From NCBI GenBank assembly GCA_048886525.1, contig JBHLKP010000001.1:16751-80750 (forward strand): a stretch of DNA of 64,000 bases, read 5' to 3'. Source of the stretch: Candidatus Hodarchaeota archaeon (GTDB lineage Archaea > Asgardarchaeota > Heimdallarchaeia > Hodarchaeales > Hodarchaeaceae). Below, in pieces: positions 39,156-48,421 of this stretch. The position numbers and the translations under genes are program-made. The notes beneath the pieces are model-generated. The model did no database searches, was not told the origin of the DNA, and was given only the letters and a program-made list of their open reading frames with translations. Numbering within the stretch: the first letter of the stretch is position 1; every line of letters starts with the position of its first letter.

Positions 39156-39323
39156 ATCAAAATGAGTAGTAAAGTTTGCTCTTGGTTCTTATTGCCGTAT
39201 TAATAGTTTCCTTTATTACTAATAACTTAGGATCTGATAAATTCGAATTATTATAAGCTCGATTTTATCAGGTAAACACTTATTTATTTGATATCAGAGA
39301 TTAGACTGACCAGGTAAACCACG

Positions 39324-40397
39324 ATGCCACCATTTTATTTAGTTATTTTCTTGGGGTTATCGATTGGAATTGTTACTGGTCTTATATTACAACGGGGTAG
39401 GGTTTGCTCTAATTCTGCTTTCAGAAATCTATTATTAATTCGTGACTTTGATCTTACTTTAATAATAATAATAGCCGTTTCAATTGAACTGATTGGGTAT
39501 CAATTACTTGCAATAATCTCTATTCCCGAATTTACCTTTGTTTCAAATCCAATACCATTTTCTATTCTCTTTATTCCCTTAGGAAGTCTGTTATTTGGAT
39601 TTGGGACTGCGATTGCAGGAGGTTGTGCTGGGGGAGTCTGTTATAGAATTGGCGAAGGATCATTAAAATCATTATTAGCATTTTTTGGATTTGCAGCAGG
39701 AATAGGGTTAATTTATGTCGAGCCACTGAAGTCTATTGTAGAAAATTTGAGAAATTCGACTAACTGGACAATAAATAATAAAGTGCCTTCTTTAGAAATT
39801 TTATTTCCTCGTTGGGTTTGGACTCTTGGAGCATTAATCCTCCTGATTTTTTCAATATATTATTATAAAAAGCATACATTAAGATTAGTACATTTAAGAC
39901 CCCATTGGACTCCCATAATATCTGGATTCCTTCTTGGGGTAGTTGGAACATTTGCTAGATTTTTTTCGACCTTATCAGGGAGACCTTTCGGGTTTTCAAC
40001 AACTGATGGCATTGGCCAAATATTTTCCTTCCTTTTAAGTTCAATTGGTATCGTTTTTATGCAATCGTTGGATTGGGCTGGATTCTTTATAATTGGGTTA
40101 ATCGTTGGGTCGTTATTTTCCTCAATTCAGATCAAGGAATTTAAACTAAAAGTACCATCGAGAGGAGATACTTTACGTTTCTTTGGAGGAGGATTAATTT
40201 TGGGTACAGGAGCAATGCTTGCATTGGGTTGTAATTTCGGCCATATATTAGGGGGACTCCCAGAATTAGGTATATCCTCTGTATTTGCTACAGTTCTTAT
40301 GATTCTAGGCAATTGGACAGGAACATATCTTTTATATAATATAATGAAGCAAGAAGTTCCTAAGTCTACTCCAATGTCCTTGGAGTTAATTGTATAG
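39324..40397 (+). CDS. YeeE/YedE-family sulfur (thiosulfate/selenium-related) transporter
   Basis: 'LQRGRVCSNSAFRN', 'AGGCAGGVCYRIGEG', and in the second half 'LGCNFGHILGG'. About 9-10 TM segments. Confidence 0.85.
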   Translation: MPPFYLVIFLGLSIGIVTGLILQRGRVCSNSAFRNLLLIRDFDLTLIIIIAVSIELIGYQLLAIISIPEFTFVSNPIPFSILFIPLGSLLFGFGTAIAGGCAGGVCYRIGEGSLKSLLAFFGFAAGIGLIYVEPLKSIVENLRNSTNWTINNKVPSLEILFPRWVWTLGALILLIFSIYYYKKHTLRLVHLRPHWTPIISGFLLGVVGTFARFFSTLSGRPFGFSTTDGIGQIFSFLLSSIGIVFMQSLDWAGFFIIGLIVGSLFSSIQIKEFKLKVPSRGDTLRFFGGGLILGTGAMLALGCNFGHILGGLPELGISSVFATVLMILGNWTGTYLLYNIMKQEVPKSTPMSLELIV

Positions 40398-40427
40398 GGA
40401 AAATAAGTAGTTAAATCGGCGATAATT

Positions 40428-41177
40428 ATGGATTTTGAAATAACAGAATACCAGAGAGTACTCTCAAGTTGCATAGTATTAATTCCAGCAAGGAATGAAG
40501 AAGACACCTTACCAAAATTACTCGGTCAGCTTTCAAGGTACAAACCTGAAATGGTGGTCGTAGTTGATAATAACTCATCTGACAGAACAATGGAACTCGC
40601 CAAAAACTCTGGAGCCGTAGTAGTGTACGAAAGAAGAATAGGATATGGATCCGCATGTTTAGCAGGAATTAGATTCATTTCATTGCTTCAAGTGAAACCA
40701 AAATATATTTGTTTCTTTGATGCTGATGGTCAGAGTAATGTTGAGGATATAGTTAAGGTAGCTACTCCTGTATTAGCTAGAAAAACAAATTATTGCCAAG
40801 GAAGTCGAATGATTCTCAATAATTCTGTTAATTCTCTCACACTGATGGCAAGAATTGCTAATAATTTTTTTGCTAAATTGTTATCTATTCTGTTTAAACG
40901 AAAAATCACAGATCTTGGTCCACTGCGTGTAATGACTTGGGATACTCTAATAAGCATAGATATGAGATCAATAGGATTTGGTTGGACTATTGAAATGTCC
41001 ACAAAAATCCTAAAACAAAATGAAATGCATTTTGAGGTTCCTGTTAATTATAATAGACGTTTTAAAGGAAAAAGTAAAATTTCTGGCAATTTCTCTACTG
41101 CGATAATGGCGGCTTTTATAATGGTGATAACTCTCTTTTCTACTCTTTTTTTCTGGAGGAATACAGATGTACAATAA
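40428..41177 (+). CDS. GT2 glycosyltransferase
   Basis: 'IVLIPARNEEDTLPKLLGQL', 'VVVVDNNSSDRT', 'RIGYGSACLAG', 'FFDADGQ', and a C-terminal TM. Confidence 0.85.
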   Translation: MDFEITEYQRVLSSCIVLIPARNEEDTLPKLLGQLSRYKPEMVVVVDNNSSDRTMELAKNSGAVVVYERRIGYGSACLAGIRFISLLQVKPKYICFFDADGQSNVEDIVKVATPVLARKTNYCQGSRMILNNSVNSLTLMARIANNFFAKLLSILFKRKITDLGPLRVMTWDTLISIDMRSIGFGWTIEMSTKILKQNEMHFEVPVNYNRRFKGKSKISGNFSTAIMAAFIMVITLFSTLFFWRNTDVQ

Positions 41178-41943
41178 TTCAAAAATTGGCATTATTCTAT
41201 TTACAAAAGTTCCTTTACCTGGTTTTGTAAAAACTCGTTTGTCTCATCCTCAATTAGACGAAGAATTTGCTTCAAAACTCCAGATAGCAATGATAAAAGA
41301 TACAATTCTCGGATTAAAAGAATTACAATTAAATTTTGTACCTATTTTAACTTTTTTCCCAAGAAATTACTACAATTTTCTCGAAGAACACGTAATAAAG
41401 CCATTGATTCAAATATATCCTCAATTCATGAACAAATTTCAAATCATACCTCAAGAAGGAAGCAATATAGGGTCACGGTTTACCAATGCGTTTCGTTTTG
41501 CTTTTAAAAACCTTGACCTTGACTCCGTTATAATACTTGGTTCTGATACTCCTCATTTGCAGCCAAGTTTAGTAATGCAATCAATTGAAATCTTACAAAA
41601 AACAAGAAATGGAGCTGTTCTAGGACCATCTCAAAATGGAGGGTTTTACTTACTTGGACATAAAAAACCATTAATACAAAATATTGGTTCAATATTTGAA
41701 GAATCTTCTTCTTATGGAGAATTAGTTCATGCTATGAAACTTTTATCACTTAAGAGTAATGTTCATATCCTTCCTGAAGTAACTGATGTCGATACATATG
41801 AAAATCTAATAACTGTTCGAAATTTTATTAAAATCGCTTCATTCCCATCAACTACGTTTTCTGAAACAATAATTTATTATCCGAGATTTACAGCAGAATT
41901 ACTTAAAAAGCAAAATGAAACTTGTTGGAAAGATCAAGAATAG
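41167..41943 (+). CDS. DUF2064-family (TIGR04282-like) GT-A fold transferase
   Basis: Hallmark N-terminus 'GIILFTKVPLPGFVKTRLS', 'GSDTPHL', 'GPSQNGGFYLLG'. Overlaps the upstream GT2 gene by 11 nt. Confidence 0.8.
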   Translation: MYNNSKIGIILFTKVPLPGFVKTRLSHPQLDEEFASKLQIAMIKDTILGLKELQLNFVPILTFFPRNYYNFLEEHVIKPLIQIYPQFMNKFQIIPQEGSNIGSRFTNAFRFAFKNLDLDSVIILGSDTPHLQPSLVMQSIEILQKTRNGAVLGPSQNGGFYLLGHKKPLIQNIGSIFEESSSYGELVHAMKLLSLKSNVHILPEVTDVDTYENLITVRNFIKIASFPSTTFSETIIYYPRFTAELLKKQNETCWKDQE

Positions 41944-41973
41944 TCTTACGAGAATCTTTCAGTTTTCTCTTGT

Positions 41974-43416
41974 GTGGAGACTTACCAATTGGAAATTCAA
42001 TTAGGAGCGATTTTTTGGATTTTTAGCGGATTTTTTTATTTAATTTGCACTCTTTATTATGGCTTGGAATTAATACCTGCATATTTTAGACATAGAAATA
42101 GATTTCTCAATCCAGAAATACCTAATGATGAAAAAATTCAATCAATTTTGAGAGCAAAAAAACAGAGATTTCCTGCTATTAAATTTCAAATAACAACAAG
42201 GGGTAATGAAGTAGATGTTGTTAAAAGAGGAATTCAAAGTATCGCCGCTTTAGCTAGGAATAGCAAATTTATCAGCAGAAATATTGAATTATTAATTGTC
42301 ACAGACAATCCAGATGAATTAAAGTTGTTTTCTGAATATATTAGAACCTTGAAGATTTCCTTCCAAACTGAAGTGATAGTAGTCCCTCAAGAATATCAAA
42401 CACGAAACAACACGTTGTTGAAAGCAAGAAGCTTACAATACTCTCTTGAATTCCGAAATTCAAAGAAATCTTCACTCCAAGACCTTAGGTCCTTTATCTT
42501 TTATCTAGATGCAGAGTCAACCATAAATGAGAAAAATTTCAGACGAATTGTTTACTCCATAATAGTTTCTACTAATAAAAAGATATTCGAAGGACCTATT
42601 ATATACCCACATAAGTATTTCAAGGCGAATATCCTAAGTAGAAGAATGGAAGCAACTAGACCTTTTCATTGTCATCATTGCGTTCAAGTTATGATGAATC
42701 CCCCACCAATCCATTTACATGGCTCTAATCTGCTTGTTGAAGAATCTCTTGTCAATGAAATTACTTGGGATTTTGGTCGTTATAAAGAACAGCCTATACT
42801 GGCTGAGGATCTATTATTCGGGTTGAAAGCCTACTCAAAATATGGAAAGGATATTTTCAGCTGGCATGGTGGTCAGATATCAGAACAACCTCCATTTTCT
42901 GTACGAGAATCCATTAATGCTCGTCTTAGATGGGTTTCAGGTGCTTGGCAAGCCATTTCTCTTATAAAAAAGGACTCATTCTTTTCTCAACAACCATGGA
43001 AAGTACGGGAAATGATTCTATTTCGTTTAAGATTAAGAATTGTCACTCATTCTCTCTCTTTTTTTGCTTCCCTTTTTTTATGGATTGCTATCTTATTTTT
43101 TCTATTTCCATCGCTTTTTTCTAGTCTTATTATAGTCCCCAGTCAATTACCAAGAAATTTTCGTGTCCTTCAGGGCTTAATCTCTCTTTTATTCTTTTTC
43201 CCAGGCACTATCTTTTGGATTTTCGGTATTTTGAATGGGCTATCTAAGAACATCAAACCTCTTAATCTAACATGGAAAAGACAAATATTAGAATATGGAA
43301 AAATTATGGTTGTGACTCCTATTGCAGCTTCCATAGAAGCATTTTGTGCATTATCAGCGACAGTTAGATGGATTATAGGAAAACCATACAATTCTTGGTA
43401 CGTTACATCTAAGTAG
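41974..43416 (+). CDS. membrane-embedded synthase-like (processive-type) GT2
   Basis: TM helices flank the GT-A domain. Motif series 'YLDAES' (DxD), 'LAEDLLFG' (ED), 'ARLRWVSGAWQ' (Q/RxxRW-like). GTG start. Confidence 0.65.
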   Translation: METYQLEIQLGAIFWIFSGFFYLICTLYYGLELIPAYFRHRNRFLNPEIPNDEKIQSILRAKKQRFPAIKFQITTRGNEVDVVKRGIQSIAALARNSKFISRNIELLIVTDNPDELKLFSEYIRTLKISFQTEVIVVPQEYQTRNNTLLKARSLQYSLEFRNSKKSSLQDLRSFIFYLDAESTINEKNFRRIVYSIIVSTNKKIFEGPIIYPHKYFKANILSRRMEATRPFHCHHCVQVMMNPPPIHLHGSNLLVEESLVNEITWDFGRYKEQPILAEDLLFGLKAYSKYGKDIFSWHGGQISEQPPFSVRESINARLRWVSGAWQAISLIKKDSFFSQQPWKVREMILFRLRLRIVTHSLSFFASLFLWIAILFFLFPSLFSSLIIVPSQLPRNFRVLQGLISLLFFFPGTIFWIFGILNGLSKNIKPLNLTWKRQILEYGKIMVVTPIAASIEAFCALSATVRWIIGKPYNSWYVTSK

Positions 43417-43449
43417 TTTACCTCTAAAGATAAATAAGAGTTATCTACA

Positions 43450-44862
43450 ATGAATAGGAAAGTGAAAGCGGAATTTTCAGAGAAATTAAAACCATATATT
43501 GGATCATTAAAACCCATTCAAGTAAATCTAAAAGAACATAAATCATTACTACTTCTTATAACTACCGGATTTTTATTATATATAGCCTTCGTAATATTTG
43601 TTGTTATTTCAAGATTAAATAGGTCAACGCTAGTATTTGAGGTTTTATACTTTGTACCTTTCATTACATATTGTTTAGTAATTTTTACAATAAAAAAGTA
43701 TAGATTATATGACTCTTATAATTTTTTAAAGGTAATATTTATTTTTGTAGTTTTATTTCAATTATTGATATTAAGCACGGCAATATCATTATCAGATGAT
43801 ATATATCGATTTTACATGGAAGGTAAAGCAATCATTTCTGGCATTAATCCTTATTCTACTCCAATTGAGGATTTTCCTGCATATTTAAAGGATGATTTTT
43901 CTGATAAGGTGAATAATGCCGATATAACTTCTCCTTATCCTCCATTTGCTCTCCTTATATTTGCATTTATTTATTTAATAGGACAAGATCCAATTATTTT
44001 TCGATTAACATTTTCTATTAGCTTTTTAATATCCATTTTAGTATGCGATAGACTCATTCCTTATGATGAAAAATGGAAATTAGTGATCTATTCATGGAAT
44101 CCATTAATACACATTGAAATCGCAAATGGTTCTCATTTTGAGTCTATCATTATACTTGTCGTTATCCTCTCTATTCTTTCTATCCATTCAAATCATTCTA
44201 CTACGGCTGGTACTCTCTTTCTTTTTGCTTCATTGCTTAAGTATTATCCATTCTTCCTAGTTTTATTATATTGGAATAAACTAGATAAAAAAGGTAAGAT
44301 GATTTGTATTCTTGGTTTCAGTTTATATTTAATTTATATTCTAGTAGATCCAGAGGTAATCTCTGGCGTTATAAGTTATGCAAATGATTTCTATTTCAAT
44401 GCATTTTTCTTGTGGGTACTTTCAGAGCTGACTCAGAATTTTAATCTGGCAAAAGTAATTCTAGGAATTATATTCATTACTATATTAGTAGTTTTACTGA
44501 TGAAATCTGACAGAACTCTATCAGAAGCCTCACGGAATGCTTCTATTATTCTGGGACTTCTTATCTTATTTCAACCAAGCTTTCATCCTTGGTATTTTCT
44601 GTGGTTATTTCCTTTCATTTTAATAAATAGAAAAACACCTTATAGCTGGATTTTATTGTCTGGTTTCCTTATCTTGTCTTATCATGTCTATATAACATAC
44701 GACGTGACACAAGAATGGAACGAATTGATATTAATTCGATTACTAGAATTCATACCATTCTTCCTTCTATTACTAATTCAATATCGTAGAAACCTGACCC
44801 AAATGATAAAAGATTTGAGATATAAAAAAAATAAAGAAGAAATTATCGAACAATTGATATAA
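43450..44862 (+). CDS. PIG-M/PimE-like (GT50/GT87, DUF2029-type) GT-C glycosyltransferase
   Basis: First-loop signature 'SDDIYRFYMEGKAIISGINPY...ITSPYPPFALL' matches the remembered PIG-M pattern D.DY.VFtDAA..v..G.sPY...YrYtPLLA. Polytopic. Confidence 0.55.
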   Translation: MNRKVKAEFSEKLKPYIGSLKPIQVNLKEHKSLLLLITTGFLLYIAFVIFVVISRLNRSTLVFEVLYFVPFITYCLVIFTIKKYRLYDSYNFLKVIFIFVVLFQLLILSTAISLSDDIYRFYMEGKAIISGINPYSTPIEDFPAYLKDDFSDKVNNADITSPYPPFALLIFAFIYLIGQDPIIFRLTFSISFLISILVCDRLIPYDEKWKLVIYSWNPLIHIEIANGSHFESIIILVVILSILSIHSNHSTTAGTLFLFASLLKYYPFFLVLLYWNKLDKKGKMICILGFSLYLIYILVDPEVISGVISYANDFYFNAFFLWVLSELTQNFNLAKVILGIIFITILVVLLMKSDRTLSEASRNASIILGLLILFQPSFHPWYFLWLFPFILINRKTPYSWILLSGFLILSYHVYITYDVTQEWNELILIRLLEFIPFFLLLLIQYRRNLTQMIKDLRYKKNKEEIIEQLI

Positions 44863-45108
44863 TGAATAGGAAATTTCAAATAAAAGAAGAACGCTGAATC
44901 AAAAATAAATTAAAAAGCAGGAATCATCAATCCAAATTATCCTTAAATATTTTCATCATAGAATTAACTTTTTATTTAGATATATATAACCTAACTATTA
45001 ACAGAAAATCTCAATAAAATTGAAAAGTAGAAGATTCAAATAGCAAAAAGAGTAATCACTTAATAACACTAGGTCCCTTGTTCTGAAACTTGGGAGGTCT
45101 CTAACTAG

Positions 45109-46074
45109 ATGGATTTATTGGATAATTATCTTCTTAATGAATTGAAGGGAAACTGTCGTGCATCCTATTCTAAACTAGCTGATAAATATGAGATATCAAA
45201 AGATGAAATTGGGATTAGGATTTCAAGACTTGTAGCTCAACATTTCATTTTGAAATTCACCGTTGTACCTTCTCCATCTCTTTTTGGTTACAATAAGGCA
45301 ATACTTTGTTTTCGTTCAAGAGAACCGTTAGATGAGGATCGAATAACTCTTTTAGGGATTAATCCAAACGTTGAATTTATTTCTGTAGGTAGACCTTTAT
45401 CTGAAGGGTTTTCATTAATATATTATCGGACATTAGATGAAATCGAAGAAGTAGTAAAATATTTTCAACAATTTCATCCCGAATTTGAAGAAATTAGGAC
45501 ATTTCCAATCCAAGATTTATCTGATGAGGACATAAAAGAACTAAAAAGAGACTTAGTGTTATTATTTCAGAAAATAGATTGGTTAATGTTATCACACCTT
45601 AGAGGAGAAGGGCGTCTTTCATTAACTGACCTTTCTAAAAGAACTAATATTGATTTAAAAACGATTGTTGAAAGATTAAACTTCCTTAGAACAAACGGAT
45701 TAATCATCGAAACTATTAATATTAATCCTGGAAATCAACCAAGAAAATTATGGGCAGTTTTTAGAATTGAATTAAGCCTTTTTACTCGACCATTGTACGA
45801 GGAATTGAAACGAGACCTTTCATCTCAATTTGGAGCATCTTTTTGGAGTTGTTGGAAGATTCTGGATCAACCTGCATTATTACTTAGTTTCTTTTGCGTG
45901 AATTTCCAGGAGTTTGAGAAAACTCAAACATACTTATCTGATATTCCAGGATTGAAAAGTATTGAATACTTTTTAGGAGGGGCTACATATTATTTTCCAG
46001 ACTTTAGAGATGAGCTATTAGAAGAAAAAAGAAGTCATGGTTGGTTTTCACCAGAACAGTGGGTAGGTAGGTAA
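45109..46074 (+). CDS. tandem Lrp/AsnC-type HTH regulator
   Basis: Two HTH_AsnC-like modules, 'LLDNYLLNELKGNCRASYSKLADKYEISKDEIGIRISRLVAQHFI' and 'IDWLMLSHLRGEGRLSLTDLSKRTNIDLKTIVERLNFLRTNGLI'. Each is followed by a RAM-like segment. Confidence 0.6.
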   Translation: MDLLDNYLLNELKGNCRASYSKLADKYEISKDEIGIRISRLVAQHFILKFTVVPSPSLFGYNKAILCFRSREPLDEDRITLLGINPNVEFISVGRPLSEGFSLIYYRTLDEIEEVVKYFQQFHPEFEEIRTFPIQDLSDEDIKELKRDLVLLFQKIDWLMLSHLRGEGRLSLTDLSKRTNIDLKTIVERLNFLRTNGLIIETININPGNQPRKLWAVFRIELSLFTRPLYEELKRDLSSQFGASFWSCWKILDQPALLLSFFCVNFQEFEKTQTYLSDIPGLKSIEYFLGGATYYFPDFRDELLEEKRSHGWFSPEQWVGR

Positions 46075-46144
46075 ATTTTTAATAATTCCTTGATGTTTTA
46101 TAATATTAATAGCCAAACTCTTAAGAATAGCAAACACTTGAATA

Positions 46145-46807
46145 TTAAAGTGAGAGAGAATCAAAGCTATTGATCTTAATGATAGCTAAGGTTTCATTAA
46201 TCGCTGATATTACTAAGGATGAGGTTTCAGAAATTAGCAGCTCCTGAATCATTTTTGCTAGAGTTACAGGATCTCCATTTTTCATCATTCCTAAAGCGGC
46301 AACAGCCCCAGCTCTAACTACTGGAGATGAATCAGATTTCGCTAATCGCAAAATATCATTGGTAGCCTCTTCTATCTTTAATCGTCCTAGTGCACGTACG
46401 CAACGATCACGAATCTCATCACTAGGATCTCTTAAAAGCGAAAGCATCTTCTTTAATACTTCGGAGGAAGGTTTTTTACCGATATAACTAAAAGCAGAAA
46501 TTGCATTACTTCTTACTGAAAGCATTGGGTCATTCAATAATGGTTCCAATAAAGGAATTGCAACTTCTCCCTCTAAAAAGGCAAGAGCCATAACTGCTTC
46601 TCGACGTACTTCTTCTTCTGGATCAACCAGTGCTCGTTCCAATTTTGAATGAACATTCAAGGGGAGATCTGTGATTTGGAGCTCTTCCATCTGACCAAGT
46701 CGTTTAACCGCTTCCGCTCGTCGATAGGAGCTTAATGACTTAATTTCTTTAAGAAAGTGCTCGAATCGATCTTTTTCACTTGAATTATTGGCCACGAATA
46801 ACACCAA
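46145..46807 (-). CDS. HEAT (PBS-lyase type) repeat protein
   Basis: About five repeats of the pattern 'D....VR..A..ALG.l': 'EEVRREAVMALAFL', 'LSVRSNAISAFSYI', 'DEIRDRCVRALGRL', 'PVVRAGAVAALGMM'. Confidence 0.8.
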   Translation of the reverse strand: MVLFVANNSSEKDRFEHFLKEIKSLSSYRRAEAVKRLGQMEELQITDLPLNVHSKLERALVDPEEEVRREAVMALAFLEGEVAIPLLEPLLNDPMLSVRSNAISAFSYIGKKPSSEVLKKMLSLLRDPSDEIRDRCVRALGRLKIEEATNDILRLAKSDSSPVVRAGAVAALGMMKNGDPVTLAKMIQELLISETSSLVISAINETLAIIKINSFDSLSL

Positions 46808-47242
46808 TAGGAATGAATAGTTGAAGATACCTCAATTTAATCATATAAAAAATTCTTCTTTAAATGCAAAATGAAGTTATACAAAAAAAGTATTTTATCC
46901 ATGTACTTGCCTGCTTGAAGGTAATTTCGAAATTGCAAATACTTTTTCGCAATTTATGCACAGAAGTGCACTCATTTAAAATGATAAAATTAGCCATAAA
47001 GCCAATCTATGTAAATTTAATGGAAAATTCACTTACAATTTTGAAAAAAATTAAATCTTCTTCTGTTGTTTTAGGGATTATCGATCTTAATTATCTATTA
47101 ATTTTCTAGAAACTCACTAGCAGACAGAATAATCCTCTCGCTTATTTTAAGGAGTTTAATTTTAAGTTGGTGGAAAGAGTGATTGAATTTTATTCTACGA
47201 GCGAAATGGACTTTTATGGTTTTCCTTCAATCTAAGATAGTA

Positions 47243-47995
47243 TTATTTCATAGAAAATCCTCGTTTCTGTAATTCCTCCTTTACAAAGGGGTACATAATC
47301 AAAGATTCGATTTCTAATTGCTTAGGAAATATCTCAATTTGCAATTTAGAGATTTCCTTAGCTGTGAAAAATTCAGCCATGATCGCAACATTGAACTGTA
47401 AACTTGATTGTTTCAACAACCTAATTGCATGAATCTGTTTCTCGTAAGTATTCAATGAGGCGTAAGTTATAACTGAAAAAAAGGTTTCTCCTGCTTTTAA
47501 ACTGATTCTTATATGAGGAGGGTTATGTAATTCCTCAAGATCCTGAATATAACTATCTTGTGACAAGAGGATTCCATTTGTTTCTAGAATAAAGAAAATT
47601 TCATCTGGCATCTGACGAAGGACTGTTAGTAAATGGTTTTTACAGAGTGTGGGTTCCCCCCCGCTCAAACGGATTTTATGACAATTATTCTTTTTCGAAA
47701 GATTCAATAATGCATTAACAACTTGATTTGGATCGTACCATGACCCTTTTCTGGTATTCCATGCCGTTTTTTGAGACCAGCAATAGGCACATCGTAAATT
47801 ACATCCAATAACATCCCCTGTAACAATTCCTCCATAAAATTGGCTAGAATATCTAAATCGATAATATTTCCTGGATAGTCGGTTTGAGAAAGAATCCTGA
47901 CAGACTTTTTCAATGGTTTTTCTAGTCAAATTCTTAACATCAAGAGATTTCAAGTGAATCCTCTCATGAAAACCCATTGTGATTGGATTTAACAA
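47243..47995 (-). CDS. small radical SAM protein (single-cluster, NrdG/QueE-sized)
   Basis: 'YGGIVTGDVIGCNLRCAYCWS' (CxxxCxxC), 'IRLSGGEPTL', 'ILETNG'. The track start is TTG; an ATG lies at 47977. Confidence 0.8.
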   Translation of the reverse strand: MLNPITMGFHERIHLKSLDVKNLTRKTIEKVCQDSFSNRLSRKYYRFRYSSQFYGGIVTGDVIGCNLRCAYCWSQKTAWNTRKGSWYDPNQVVNALLNLSKKNNCHKIRLSGGEPTLCKNHLLTVLRQMPDEIFFILETNGILLSQDSYIQDLEELHNPPHIRISLKAGETFFSVITYASLNTYEKQIHAIRLLKQSSLQFNVAIMAEFFTAKEISKLQIEIFPKQLEIESLIMYPFVKEELQKRGFSMK

Positions 47996-48007
47996 ACCGA
48001 ATATCAG

Positions 48008-48373
48008 TCATCGAAACATCGATGCTAAAATAGTTAAAATTTTTCCTAGATTCAAGTGATTAGATATTTTCTCTTGGAGTTTGTCCTTGCTAAATATTCG
48101 TTCTTGGAAAGGACATTTGTAACAATCAGGAGACTTTCCTGATAATCAACATACAAAAAATGGGAAATTATCAAAATTTTGGCATTTTTCAGCTATCTAA
48201 TGAATATAAGGGCATTCCATTTCCAAATTTAACTGATCTAAATGTTTCATGTAATGAAATGGTCCCGCGATAAAATATGAACAGCTAGAAGGACATTTCG
48301 AAAGATATTCATAAAAAATATTATCAGCTCCAGATTCACAATGATCTTTGATCTTTTACTGACATCTATTCAT
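48008..48373 (-). pseudogene. possible decayed Cys-rich gene (one frame, three in-frame stops)
   Basis: A single minus-strand frame reads MNRCQ*KIKDHCESGADNIFYEYLSKCPSSCSYFIAGPFHYMKHLDQLNLEMECPYIH*IAEKCQNFDNFPFFVC*LSGKSPDCYKCPFQERIF...MFR*. That is 9 Cys in about 120 codons. The stops are TAA, TAG and TGA. Confidence 0.25.
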
Positions 48374-48421
48374 AAATAAACATCCTCTTTATTCAATCCT
48401 CTATTTTAAATAAAGAATAAT

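Noticed and set aside
46864-47109. 81-aa ORF in the HEAT/radical-SAM spacer
   Set aside because: It is Ile/Lys/Leu-rich with no motif, sits in an AT-rich intergenic region, and has no obvious translation signal.
48008-48373. Reading the Cys-rich frame as a RiPP precursor for the adjacent radical SAM, or as stop-codon recoding (Sec/Pyl)
   Set aside because: The radical SAM is only 250 aa and has no SPASM or twitch auxiliary-cluster region. The frame is interrupted by all three stop codon types, which no single recoding mechanism explains.
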